Origin: Trypethelium eluteriae
Taxonomy: Eukaryota
Assembly: GCA_051942245.1 (NCBI GenBank)
Contig: JAVECL010000033.1
Coordinates: 1 to 64,000 of the forward strand
Direction: 5' to 3'
Length of the DNA stretch: 64,000 nucleotides
The translations under genes and the position numbers were made by a program. The notes below the pieces were generated by a model. That model saw only the letters and a list, made by a program, of their open reading frames with translations. It was not told the origin of the DNA and made no database searches. Each line of letters opens with the position of its first letter. The stretch's first letter is position 1. Below are positions 46,787 through 58,601 of the stretch, piece after piece.

Positions 46787-49315
46787 TTAATCGCCATTGA
46801 AAAGATTGGGCCATTCTTCTAATGTAACATTGTCCAAATCCACTTCAAACAGTGTCGGTCGAGGAGCGGACTGGGACCATCCCGGATCACTGGGTCCACT
46901 TCTTAATCCAGACGACGAGAAATCAGGGCTGGTACCGAGCTCGCCACTGCTTAGTGAGGGACATAGCGGCATCGAGTCGCGAGAATTGCGGGGATTGTGG
47001 TTGACAGGGCCGTTCGGCATAGACCATTGCAAGCCTTCTTCCCCCCTGAATTTTGGAATGGCTTTGCTAGGCGACGTTACTGGAGGTTCCATACCAGACA
47101 GAGCAGGATATGTTTGGAGCATGGTGTCATTGTGCGTGACGTCCTGAACCAATTCAAAGCCCAGCCAGCTGTTCGTGCTAGCCTGGTGACTGTTCATCTC
47201 ATCCTGTGCACGTTGATCCGCTGCAGATGAGAAATGTTCCGTGCTGGAAGGTAAAGTGTCGATTCTGGCAAGGACTTCATGTAATTTTTGCATGCCGATT
47301 TTCGCAATCACATTTGCGTCTTGGAGCGTAGTTAGACGTTCCACTGCCTTTTCAATGTGTGATCGGCAATGAGCTGCTGTAACTGCGCTCCTAGGCATCC
47401 CGTGTAGTGTTGAGAAGGCCATGTCCCGGAAGATGGAGTTGCGTTTGTTCTGTGCTCGAGCTTGAATCAGGACCTTATGGCTTGGTGCTGCACTGATGAG
47501 GCATATAGCGAGCAGCATTGCGGGCTCAAAGGTAAAGAAGCTGAGGAGGAAAAACCGAGCTCGATGCCCGCCCATCAGCTCATGTAATCGGCTGACACTT
47601 TCAAGCAAACATATGGCAGCCCTAACTAATTGTGTGCGGTGTGTCCATATTAAATCCTGCTTATACTGCGGCATTGCTTGACTCTGCTCCAAGGTTAGGT
47701 GTAGGAGGGGCTGAAACAGTTGGCATAGGACTGCAAAAACTGAGATACGGAGCATTTGCCGTTGCCGAGGTAGCATTGGGAACTGATGGTCCCACTGTAG
47801 GTCAGGGTCGTTCAAGTCAAGTACTGGCGGTAGTTGAGCCAGAAATTCATGACACAGGCGTTCGTAAACCTCCTCAACATAGCTTGGATTGTATATTTCC
47901 GAATTGGCCGGCTTCTGTGTAACCGTAGCAAAGCAAAACTTACTAAGTTTAGCCTGAAGGATACGCTCAATGAACACATCCGGAGCATTGACGTTGTTCA
48001 CGTTTTTGGGAAGAACATGCATCTTTGGTAGATCAACACGGTAAGTGTGGTCTTCTGGGATACAGGGCGAACGTCCAAGAACTAGCGAGAGGAAACGATC
48101 CCAGATGTACAGATTCCAGAATGCTCTGCGTCTCATGTCCTTTTCTAGATCATTGATGGGTGTTTGTGATGTCAGCGGCTCTTCGAGGCCGACACTCAAG
48201 TCTTGAAAGACTCTCACTGCAGTTCCGAGAGCATACCAAGCATCCCGTATCGACCCTTCATTTTTGACATAGCAGGCGTGGTAGAACAGTTGATGTACGC
48301 AAGACAGCGACTGTGGACCTTCAAGCTCCCCACATACTCTGTAGAGCCGTGTTGCTAATCTGTTACAATGCGTACGGATAATATCAACAGGGATACCGAG
48401 TAACTCATCTGTAGTGTGGGTTTTGGACGGTATGAATTGTGCGCTATAAGCACAGATACGAAGTATTAGAATTCCAAACTCGAGGCTTTCCTTATTCGAT
48501 CCTGGAAAAGATCTCCACCACTGTTCGTAACGATTCAAGAATAAAGTTGGATGGATCATTTCATATATCCAATTGACCTCCTTGAAGAAGTGCTGGATCA
48601 GGCAGTTGACGACGGAATGCTTTGGATAGTAATCAAGGCACGCGCGAATCTCTGGAAGCATCCGGTCCGGAACAGCAGCTGAAAAGTCTGACCCCAGCTT
48701 TTGGTTATTGAGGAGGTCGAACTATATGCAACAAGGTATATTGTCAGCGCTATAGAGCATGGAAAAAGGCGCAGTTGCTCGAGCAAGTCAAGATTATAGA
48801 GCGATTGGCCCCACTGAATACGAGATATACAAAAGGCCTGAAAGAGCAGCGTTACAAAAATAAAGGTGCTACCCATGCCTTTTCCATAAGACTAAAAAGA
48901 TTCGACTTGCTTCCTTCAAAATAGCCAAGACACGATGACAGGGACGTCTGATACGAGACTTTGCGATCCAGTTCAGAAGTAGCTGGCACTGATGATGATG
49001 CCTGTCGCGACTCGCTAAGTCTACTCGATCTTGCACTCGGGTCTGGAGGATGAGGTCCATTGTGACTCTCTGCGATCAAGTCCGAGTCCTCTGGCTGCGG
49101 TGCTGCGGTGTTGGTGAAAGAGTATGTACAAAGCTCCGGTAGTCTGCGGCGAATACAATTGGAGCATGGATATCCGTGGTTACACTGGACGTGAGGTCAG
49201 CTGTCAGATCCGCCTTGCGCGGCGTTATCACAAAGAAAAGCCTGACTTTCTGCTTCTTCTGGTAGCATTGACTGCACGCGGCTACGCGCTTCCTTTTCGG
49301 GATGTCGGATGGCAT
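46787..49315 (-). CDS. Zn(II)2Cys6 transcription factor with fungal-specific TF middle domain
   Basis: Spliced CSQCYQKKQK|CNHGYPCSNCIRRRLPELC gives six Cys; EKDMRRRAFWNLYIWDRFLSLVLGR in the large exon. Confidence 0.92.
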
Positions 49316-50053
49316 CTAAAGGCGAAGATGCTCGTCGCAAGGTACGCTTAAGATTCTGCTTGTTGGGATAGTCAGAGTTCTTAACCGTCGCACATCCGAC
49401 GCCTGTTGGTTCTAGGTGGCAGGTGCTCTTGCTAATTCCGGTTCCCAATCAACTGTGCCTGCAGCGTACATTAACCCCGCCTCTCGCGTACATCAGCCTC
49501 GTTTCCAACAGTTCAAGGGATATTCGCTCTCCACTAAAGCTCTGGTAATTCTACAGAGAATTGCGGAACTTATCTTTCGACAAGTGAAGACGGGAACCAA
49601 GCACCTTGCAGCAGGCGCTTACGCTGGTTCTTCGGCCCGTCTTGATCTATCCCGATCGATCCCTGCCTACGCCGCTGCGCCATGTCTTCCTCTTCACGAA
49701 ATCACTTCGAATGACCAATCTGGTGGTTGTAAGGGCGCTGATGGAGACCGGATAGTTTTATGTTGTAGTCGAGCCGTAGCGCTGGCTAATGCTCTCTAAT
49801 TTTCTCTGATGCACGGTGTAGGTTATCTGGTACTGTCAACAGCGGTACCGCACGGCTGAGGCTGCGCTTTCCTAGGCACCTAGATAGCCACTTAATCGTC
49901 ACCCGCTCTCAGCAGTAGGCATAGCCCAGACTAGCTCTTACCCACAGTAGACCTAAGAATGATGTCCTCGTCCGCATTGATTAGCGGAAGCACATTAAAC
50001 GCAGCAGTGTAACTTACCTAAGCGTCAAACGATCCATCTGAGAGCCTGGTGCA

Positions 50054-51933
50054 CTACTTCCTGTGAAATAGAATGCTTTTGTTCGGGTCTGGGAAGTTTG
50101 CGTCTGCCCAGTTGAGGTTCTTTGGCCGACTTGCGCCGACTGGCAGCCGAAGCTCGTAACTCTGCACGATATGGCACAGAATGATCTTGCTCTCCAGCCC
50201 AGCAAAGAAACGCCCGGGACACGCAAATCGCCCATGTCCAAAGACAAGGCTTCCGGGGCCAGTCGAGGTAAAGTGGGTAGCTTTTAGCCCCTTCCAGCCG
50301 TCGCCTCGCCGTAGCCGGTCAAACCGAAAGCCATCGAATTCAGCTGGATGCAAAAAATGATCGGCTGACTGTGCATCCGGTCCAGAGGCTACTGCTATGT
50401 AACTAGATCGAACAAGGCTCTGTCCATCAGATAGCTGGTAGTCTGCAAGTAGCTTACGATTAAAGGATACTGCTCATCAAAGGTTAAGACTTCATCGGAT
50501 GGCATATCGTCAAATGACATGAAAGGAGATATTGGACGTACAAGCACTGGGTGGATTGAGACGTTGAGACTCTTTCATAAAACTGTCTAATTTCGACAAC
50601 TTAGTGACGGTGGACTTCAGCATTGTGCCATTGTCGGCTTCTAGAGCCGTCTCAATTTCTTTGATAAGCTCCGGTGCGTATTGATCCCATCGAGCAGCTA
50701 AGTCGTAGATGACATTGGTAAGGTGATTCGTGGTGGTGTGGATGGCCGCGAAACTGAGACCAAGCTGACGATTGACTATGCTTTCCGGTTCGGCATCAGG
50801 CCCCTCCGACATTTCTATCAGCGCGTCCAGCATATCCCGTGGCCTATCTACTCCGTGTCACAATTTCAATTCCACACAAGTTTTGGGGGCGCCATACCTT
50901 GATCTTGCCCATCTTCACGGGCTTGCCGTCGACGTTTGATTTCTGGAATGAGTATCCTTCGTGCGTTATAATGATGGTACCAGATGCGCCAGATATGAGG
51001 ACTCAATAATGCTCCAAAAAGCTGCAGAACTGGTGGTAAGACTTTCAGATACGCTGATGAGAGGAAAACACATGATGCAAAATCAATGGACGTATTAAGC
51101 CATGCTTTGTTTTCAACCAGCTGGTCTCCCACCAGGATGGCTCCCGTGGTACGTCCCACAATCTGTAACAATGTGTGATGCACCGGCACTGATGTCCAGT
51201 CTCGTAAATGTAAGTGGACAGAGCGCATCAAGCCAATAGCAGAAAGGATCAACTGTCTAACCTTTGCAGTCCGGAAACTCCTTCTCAAAAGCCAGCTTGC
51301 AGCGCTCGCTCAGTGGCCTAACTAGCGTCCCCAATTTCTGAGTAAGGTGGCTATGAATCACATTCCAGGTGACCTTTCCCATCATTCTGTAGGCATTGAG
51401 CGAAGTGTAGGACCCAAGAAAATACTAGACCAAAGTTCAGCTAGATCCAAACATATGACGTTACCTTAGACCAAATTAATGGAGAGAAATCCCCTCTAGG
51501 TATTACCTTATCAACAGCAAGAGATGAACTCGCAACAGACTCAGGCTGGCTTTTCAACTCATCAATATACTGCGGGGGAAGAATGAAGAGCTCTGGGTCC
51601 ATCAGAGGCACTTGCACGATTTGGCCATTTTCCTACATGATTCTCCAATGAGTTTCAACAGTCTCAGGCTGTGGAAGGGATGCGTACCTTCTTCAAAAAT
51701 TCGAAGATCATTCGGTAGCCGCTAACCACATACTTAAAGCTCATCCGTAGCCTGCTAAGCCAGCTAGAAGTTGGGGCACACAATATTCTAATTCTTCCAT
51801 TGGCGAGTCTTTCATCATTTGTGTGAACAACACTGACGAATGATAGGTATAATAAGCCTAGAAGTATTATGGCGAATGTCGAAGATTGAAGAACTGAGAA
51901 TGGAAAATGCCAAATCATAATTCTGAAACTCAT
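50054..51933 (-). CDS. Cytochrome P450 no. 1 (ent-kaurene-oxidase-like clan)
   Basis: N-terminal TM anchor; LSFAAIHTT I-helix; LDSFMKESQR (ExxR); FDGFRF; FGHGRFACPG heme motif. Confidence 0.92.
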
Positions 51934-52246
51934 CGTTGCTCTACCGTAACTTCCGATATCTGACTACCACAAGGACCTCGCAGTCTTCCGGTCTTTCACA
52001 TGGTGGGTATCATAACTTCTTTAAGGTAGGCATGCCTTGCTTGAATAGGATTAATGAACGTTCATAAGCATAGATCTCTCAAAAACCGAAGCTAGAACGG
52101 ATCCTGCAGTGTAGCCGACCGAGAAAATCGGCCGCTAGAATTTCAGCTTTAGGGGGCAGAACAGAGCTAGTCCCCAGCAGAAGCTATCCCTTGTAACGCT
52201 GGGCGGCAGCTCAGTTACTAAACGCTACCACTGGTCAACTGTGCGG

Positions 52247-52368
52247 CCGCAAATGTTCGGCGAAAATCCTTCGGCCCATCATCCGGCGCCGATATTGCTC
52301 GGAAATTAGCATTCGGTGGAGTACATACTCCTACGTATTATAAGCAGAGTCCGGCCGAAATTCCTCGG
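52247..52368. promoter_or_regulatory. Three CCG-N8-CGG sites upstream of P450 no. 1
   Basis: CCGCAAATGTTCGG (52247-52260), CCGATATTGCTCGG (52289-52302), CCGAAATTCCTCGG (52355-52368). Confidence 0.7.
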
Positions 52369-53259
52369 GGCCATACTGATGGTGCTCGGGCATACCCGTC
52401 TGGCCATGCAGTTGCCAATCACACTGCCACACTGCTTGATACAGCCAAGCTCGGATATCTACGAAGACAATGACCGATCATGGCGTCGGCGCTGGAAAAA
52501 GCGTTTTCGCACCCGGACTCCAATCATTACTGAAGCTGCGGCATCCGGCAAGCATGGTCTACGACTTATCCCAGAGACATGCTTCCATCACCATGCTCAG
52601 GGCGTACGGAGTACATCATAGGGTAACGAAACCATCTGTACCGCATTCCTGGTCCTCATGATAAGTTTTGCACCAAGAAAGGGCAATTGGGAAACATTCC
52701 CGATAACCGAGAGCTTATGCTTACACTAGAGCTGATGTTCGATCCAAGATGACCATTGAAAAGGATTTCTGAAGATAGGAGACCAAATTCGAAAGGTTAA
52801 GATACTGCGACGAATTGTATATATATAACCCTAAAAAGAAGAACCATGGGAAGAACAGTAGAGTACAATATCTTCGTTTCGTGGAAAAATGGATTATAGA
52901 CAAAAAGTCCTGGCTTTGCCTCTAGAACCACCAAACAGCCTTCCACTCCAAACACAGTATTGCTGTCAACTACGTATTTTCAGCGTCAACTTGAGGTCTT
53001 CACTTAAGCAAAAATTTTGACTTTTCCTGCAAAGAAAAGTCGAAGTGACAGGCGCTGCTCGAGTTGATGAAGCATTGCATAGAGTGTTTCCGAAGCCGAA
53101 ATGCAAGAAATATGTCGAGGCAAGCTGAAACCCAGAATTTTAGCAGAGACTCGTCCAGTACAGTCCTTGAACATTTAACAATGTGCTAATTACTATTAAT
53201 AGATAAAGCACAACGCTTGTCCATACATACTGGGCTGATCTACTTTCTAGACTATAATA

Positions 53260-55135
53260 CTATTTGATCTTGAAGCCTCCGGGTACTTGATGCTGAAACA
53301 TGCCGGACGGGTCATATTTCTGACTCACAGCCTCTAGTTTCTTATAATTGTCAGCACCGTAACCGCGAATTGGGCTTTGAGAGGGAGCAGCATCGTTGAG
53401 GAAGATGAATTCGTCGTAGAGACCTCGCGCCTTCGTGAGAGTCTCTAGTTCAGCAATGGATTCCTCCATGATCTTGTTGACTTTATCGTCATCGCTAGCA
53501 AGCTCGTAGCCAATGTTAAGGGAGAACCCTCATATGACGTTAGCATATCGCTGAATGAGCCAAGTGCCTATTATCTTTCACTTACACATCTGCGGTCTGG
53601 GAGTCAGGCCTAGTGCGTTTCCGCCAGTTTTCTGTGAAGGTGTAATCATGCTTGTGGAGATTGGTTGAGGCATCAGCACATAAGAACCTCCTTCAATGCC
53701 TCTCACTTTCAAGGATTCATTGGTAGATATGTGGCCCAGATCCACATAAGCTTGCTCGTCAAGATAGAGAGTTGTCGATCCCCAAGCCCATCTGTGAATA
53801 ACAGTCAGCTCCATATGATGCACAGAGATGAGCTGCAACTGCTACCTTGGAACGGCGTAATTTATTTGAACATTGTTGGCCAGGTCAATAAAACTATCAT
53901 ACAAGGCGGTCGAGTCTTCCACGACTGGGATGTCATAGAATGGCTGAAACGCGGAGGGCTTCACTTCGTCCCCAAAGCTGACGTAAGTCGCGAAGATTGT
54001 CTGGTTGTTGATTGCCAGATAGGTCAAAAGAGCTGTGCTTGTATCATTCACTTGACCTTGCTTTTGATACGCCGCCAATGCGCTCATGTACTGGTCTTGA
54101 TAGGAATTGTTGTAAACAACAAGCCCACCCCATGCCTTTCCCGAAGGATAAGTCTTAAGGGACATTCGGGTGACAACACCTTATCCTATTCAGTAGATGG
54201 CAAAGAAGCTTCGACATGCAGATATACGAACCGAAGTTACTCGTCCCGCCTTTTAGGGCAAAGAAAAGGTCGGAGTTTGTTTGCGCGGATGCTGAAACGA
54301 CACTGGCGTTTGCTAATACCACCTGTGCTATGCGTCAGTCATACTGTATCGTGACGGATACCGGAGAGGCTCACAGTGAAACTGATTACATTGTCGCAGG
54401 AAAAGCCAAATCGATTCGTGAGATGCGAAAGTCCGCCTAAGTCATGTCAATCGCTCTTTCTTGTAGGTTGGAGTGTGACGTCCAACCTCCGATGGTCAGC
54501 GCAAGGCCTACTTCAGGAACTCTTCCGCCGACAACTATGCGACCGAACCCTTGTAAGTACTCGTACACGTCACCCCATCGATTGCCATATCCAACAGTCG
54601 CGATCTGAGTTATATTGTCGTAATTGAGTTCGGTGACGTCAGACATCGAGATTAGGACACCATCGTCGATATTTGCCCAACCCGCAAGCGGAGAATGACC
54701 CCCGGACCTTATCGCATATGGTGAATTTGTGAATCCCAGAACTTTTATAGCAAAGGCGACGTCGTTGGTGGATGTTGGCAAATATATGCAAGCTGGAGTT
54801 CCCCATGCGGTGGGGGACCTAGATTTGGTTAGCGAGCTGTGCAAAAGAAGTTTAAAAGCTACCATATCTTACCAATTCTCGTCCGCTTGCGCCGTATAGT
54901 TCGCACCATCAGCTGCAACCTCAACCCTTTGGTGTCGAGCAACTGATAGTATAGAGCAAGCCAGTACTGTAGAGCCGTCATTTCTGACGCTGCTCGGGAT
55001 GTCTGCAGGGTCTAATCCGACAGATTCCAGGAATGTGTTGATACTGGTGTTGCTGAGTAGACCGTCTAATGAGGGAATGACACTTGCAGATGCCGCAACC
55101 GCGAAAAACAGAAATGAACAGAAAAAACCTAACAT
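53260..55135 (-). CDS. Secreted FAD-binding oxidoreductase, BBE-like (no. 2; Sol5-like features)
   Basis: Signal peptide; IRSGGHS; VVGGRVPEVG; ALKGGTSNFG; FLNDA; KYDPSGMFQHQVPGGFKIK C-terminus. Confidence 0.9.
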
Positions 55136-55542
55136 TTTCCACAGGCCCAAGGAAGGACAGCGATGCGGGAGGATGAAAATAGTCAAATCCGATGTGTCGT
55201 GTTCAGGGCAATGTCTTATAAAGTCTACTGTAGCCCTCAGGCAGCGTCTCACACGGGCCGAGGATCGTTTACACTAACGACTACTGACCCAGGGGGCACA
55301 GAAGGCAATGACCAACAGACCTTAGTGCAATATGCAGGCGTCCCGTTCCTTCTTTTTGTCAGGTGCCATGTGCGCTACACGTGCGAATGCAGTGATCAAT
55401 ACCGAGCATCTGCACTTACCAAGCCATCTTATGTATTCTTGGGAAGTCAAACAAAGCAGCATTCTCGAGATTGGTTACCAACGAGCAAGAGCTGAGTCGT
55501 TGGTGAGGCATAAAAGCCATGTGAATGACATGGCACCCTGGA

Positions 55543-55556
55543 CCGATAATTCTCGG
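55543..55556. promoter_or_regulatory. CCGA-N6-TCGG site in the divergent FAD oxidase 2 / P450 no. 2 promoter
   Basis: GA-CCGATAATTCTCGG-TC (palindromic arms extend two more bases). Confidence 0.65.
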
Positions 55557-55896
55557 TCGACGGGTTTCACCAATTCTCCATGCGACAATCGTCCGCAATA
55601 GTAAGCGGCACATCAGATGGGACACGGACTAAGAGCCAAAGCGGCATAGAACATGATGATTCTCTTCTCAGAGCGCCAAGCCCATGTCGAGCAGGGTCCA
55701 AGAAAGTTTCTTGAAAATGACGGAGAACCAATTGGAACTGCTGTTTGCTCTAAAGAAACGCACCGGTACTAATCGCGGTATCAGAATCGTCGTCAGCCCA
55801 GGGGCCGCAATATCAGTATAGGGAAGGCTGGTATCCTAATCCTTTACTTTGCTGTAGCAATGGTCTGCGTCTGACGACGATTTGCAAACGAAAGGA

Positions 55897-57977
55897 ATGA
55901 GAGACGCAACCTCAAGTGTTACCATGACATTATTCCTGAGCATTGGTTACCTGAGTGGCAATTTCATCGTCGGACTCGCGGCCTTCGTGTTTCTGCTTTT
56001 GAGGGCCTTTTATCGGCTGTATTTTCATCCACTGGCGAGATGGAACGGTTCGAGAATTGCAGCCATTGATACAGCATGGTAAGAGATGCAGGATTTTCCC
56101 GTGAAACTTGAATGTTACACATGACCGGTATGACTTATCTGCCGTTTCTCGTTCAGGTATGAGTTTTACTGGAATGTTCACCTTCCAGGCCAACTGCTCT
56201 TCGAGATTGAAAAGCTACACAATATTTATGGTAACTACCTTGCGCAGCGCGCTTGCTCTTGAAGACAAAACACTTACCTTCCTAGGACCTGTCGTCCGCA
56301 TCGGCACCAACGAGCTTCATGTGAATGATCCATCTGTCTATCTCGACATAACAAGCGTCGGCTCAGACTTCCGGAAAGAGCCAGATTTCTACCATGGAAT
56401 ATCTCTTGAAGGCACATCGATCGGAGGCACTGATCCGGAAAAGCATCGTGTACGACGACAAGTGCTTGCACCGGCATTTTCAGCCAGCACGATTCAGAAA
56501 CTCGCCCCATTAGTAGAAAACAGTTTTAAGAAGCTGTGTGAAAAGATGGACTCCATAGCATCATCCGTTAATGCAGTCAACGTGAAATTGGCATTCAAGA
56601 GCTTTGCTCTAGACGTGATTAGCGAAATCGTTTTTGGACAAGCATTTGGGGTGATGGAAGAACCGAATTTTCATCATCCATACTTAGACTCTCTCCAAGA
56701 CACAATCAGAGGCGCTTGGATTGCTAGAGCGTTCCCAACTTTAAGTACACTATCTCGATCTTTGCCAAAATCCATATCGGCAGTTCTCTTTCCTTTGTCA
56801 ATCGCCCAATTCTCAAAGGTGAGTCAACTAGACATAGTGGAGATCCTAAGAGTCGCAATATTTAGCCGGTGCTGACGGCTTGGATGACAGGATAATAAAG
56901 CTTTGCCCGATAAATATCTGAAAGAACGGAGATCAGCAATTCAATTGGCTGACGGAAACACTCAGAAGACCTATGGGACTCGAAAGAAAGAGTCCGTAGC
57001 GTTGGAACTGCTTCTCGATATCGATTCAGCCAAAAGACATATAGTACCCCCCCCTGACAAGCTACACGATGAAGCAATGATGCTCCTCACCGCTGGTAAT
57101 GATACAACGTCTAACGCAATGATCCTTGGATTGTATGAGATATGCAAACACCAAGACGTCCACCGCCGTCTAGAAGATGAATTACGGTCTGCAGTGCCCA
57201 CGCCGTCACAAGACATCAAGTACGCGACCGTAAAGAAACTTCCCTACCTAGTAAGCATGCCGAACGAAGCACAATCTCTGCTTTGTTGTATGTACTGAAG
57301 CACTGCGGTAGACAGCAGTCATCAAAGAAGTCCTCCGTTATGCACCCTCCGTGCCAGGACGGCTACCAAGGGTGGTGCCCGAAGGCGGATATGAACTTTA
57401 TGGACAACAACTACCCGCAGGTGTATGTAGCTGCCGAAATCCAGCGCCCTTGACGAAAACTTATGCTGTAGTCTGACAAGTTCAGACCATAATTCATACA
57501 TCAGCGTATCTTTTGAACCGTCACCCATCAATTTGGGGCCCCGATTGTAAAGAGTTCAAACCAGATCGCTGGCTGCTGCCAGATTCGTCTACGCTTGATA
57601 AATATCTAGCGTCATTTCATAGGGGTGCAAGACAGTGTCTCGGAATCAGGTGGGTTTTCTGCAAGATACACTGTGCAAAGTGTGCCTTGCCTTTGCATCC
57701 AGTATGTCCCGCAAAGAAGCATACTAACTTGTAGAAACAAGTCTCGCGTGGTGCGAATTGTATATCGTCTTCGCCACATTATTCCGAAAATATGAAATTG
57801 AAGTCTTCAATACTAGCGATGCGGATATGGAGTGGTCGGACCATCTTCTGCTCTTGTAAGTCGATGTCATCCGGTGTCTTCAGACTTCTACCAGATCGAG
57901 AAACTGCTTGCTAATAGCATATGGATAGGTTCCGCGGTAAAGATCTTCGTGTCAAACTAGAGAGAAAGAAAGATTAG
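55897..57977 (+). CDS. Cytochrome P450 no. 2 (trichodiene-oxygenase-like clan)
   Basis: YRLYFHPLA, GPVVRIGTNELH, LTAGNDTT, IKEVLR, FKPDRW, FHRGARQCLG heme motif; multi-exon; start at ATG 55897 or 55924. Confidence 0.92.
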
Positions 57978-58601
57978 GGAAGGCAGGTATGGGAGCAGGT
58001 CAGTAGCTCTGGGAAAGCGTGCATCAGGGAACACTTCAAGATCATACCTGGCGACTCAACAAAATGGTAAAAGGGACACATATACTCGCAGGTCGTACGC
58101 TGATGCACGAAGCTTGACAAATTACCGAATTCGGTCCTCAAGAGTCTGAGTGATCTTGTAGTAAACATGCGTTTGCAGAACAGGACTTTCGTGAGGTTTA
58201 GAGACCGCGCAGTGATTAAATATCTAGGCAATCGATTTTAAAGATGATATTTGATGGCGTAATTTGATGCTTAGATAAATAAGTAAATGTAAGGGAGTGC
58301 ATTGCGTTCCCGAACCATGACACTACATCTATCAGGATTCACGATATACGCATTGTTCCCTGAGGCAGAATCAGCCACGTAAAATATCTGAAGGAGACTT
58401 AGTCTACGGTCTGTGAGTCAAAAGATTATGCCAAGGAGATGGGTATGCCAATACGGTAAAAAAGTATTGATGACGTCTCTCTGAAAAAGCTAGGCTTGGT
58501 ATCTAACTGTCTAAAAAGGTGATCTATGTCGACCAAATACAACCCTGTCTCAGCCAGCAATCTGTAACCAACATGAGCATAGCATTTTGTGCATGGGCAC
58601 T

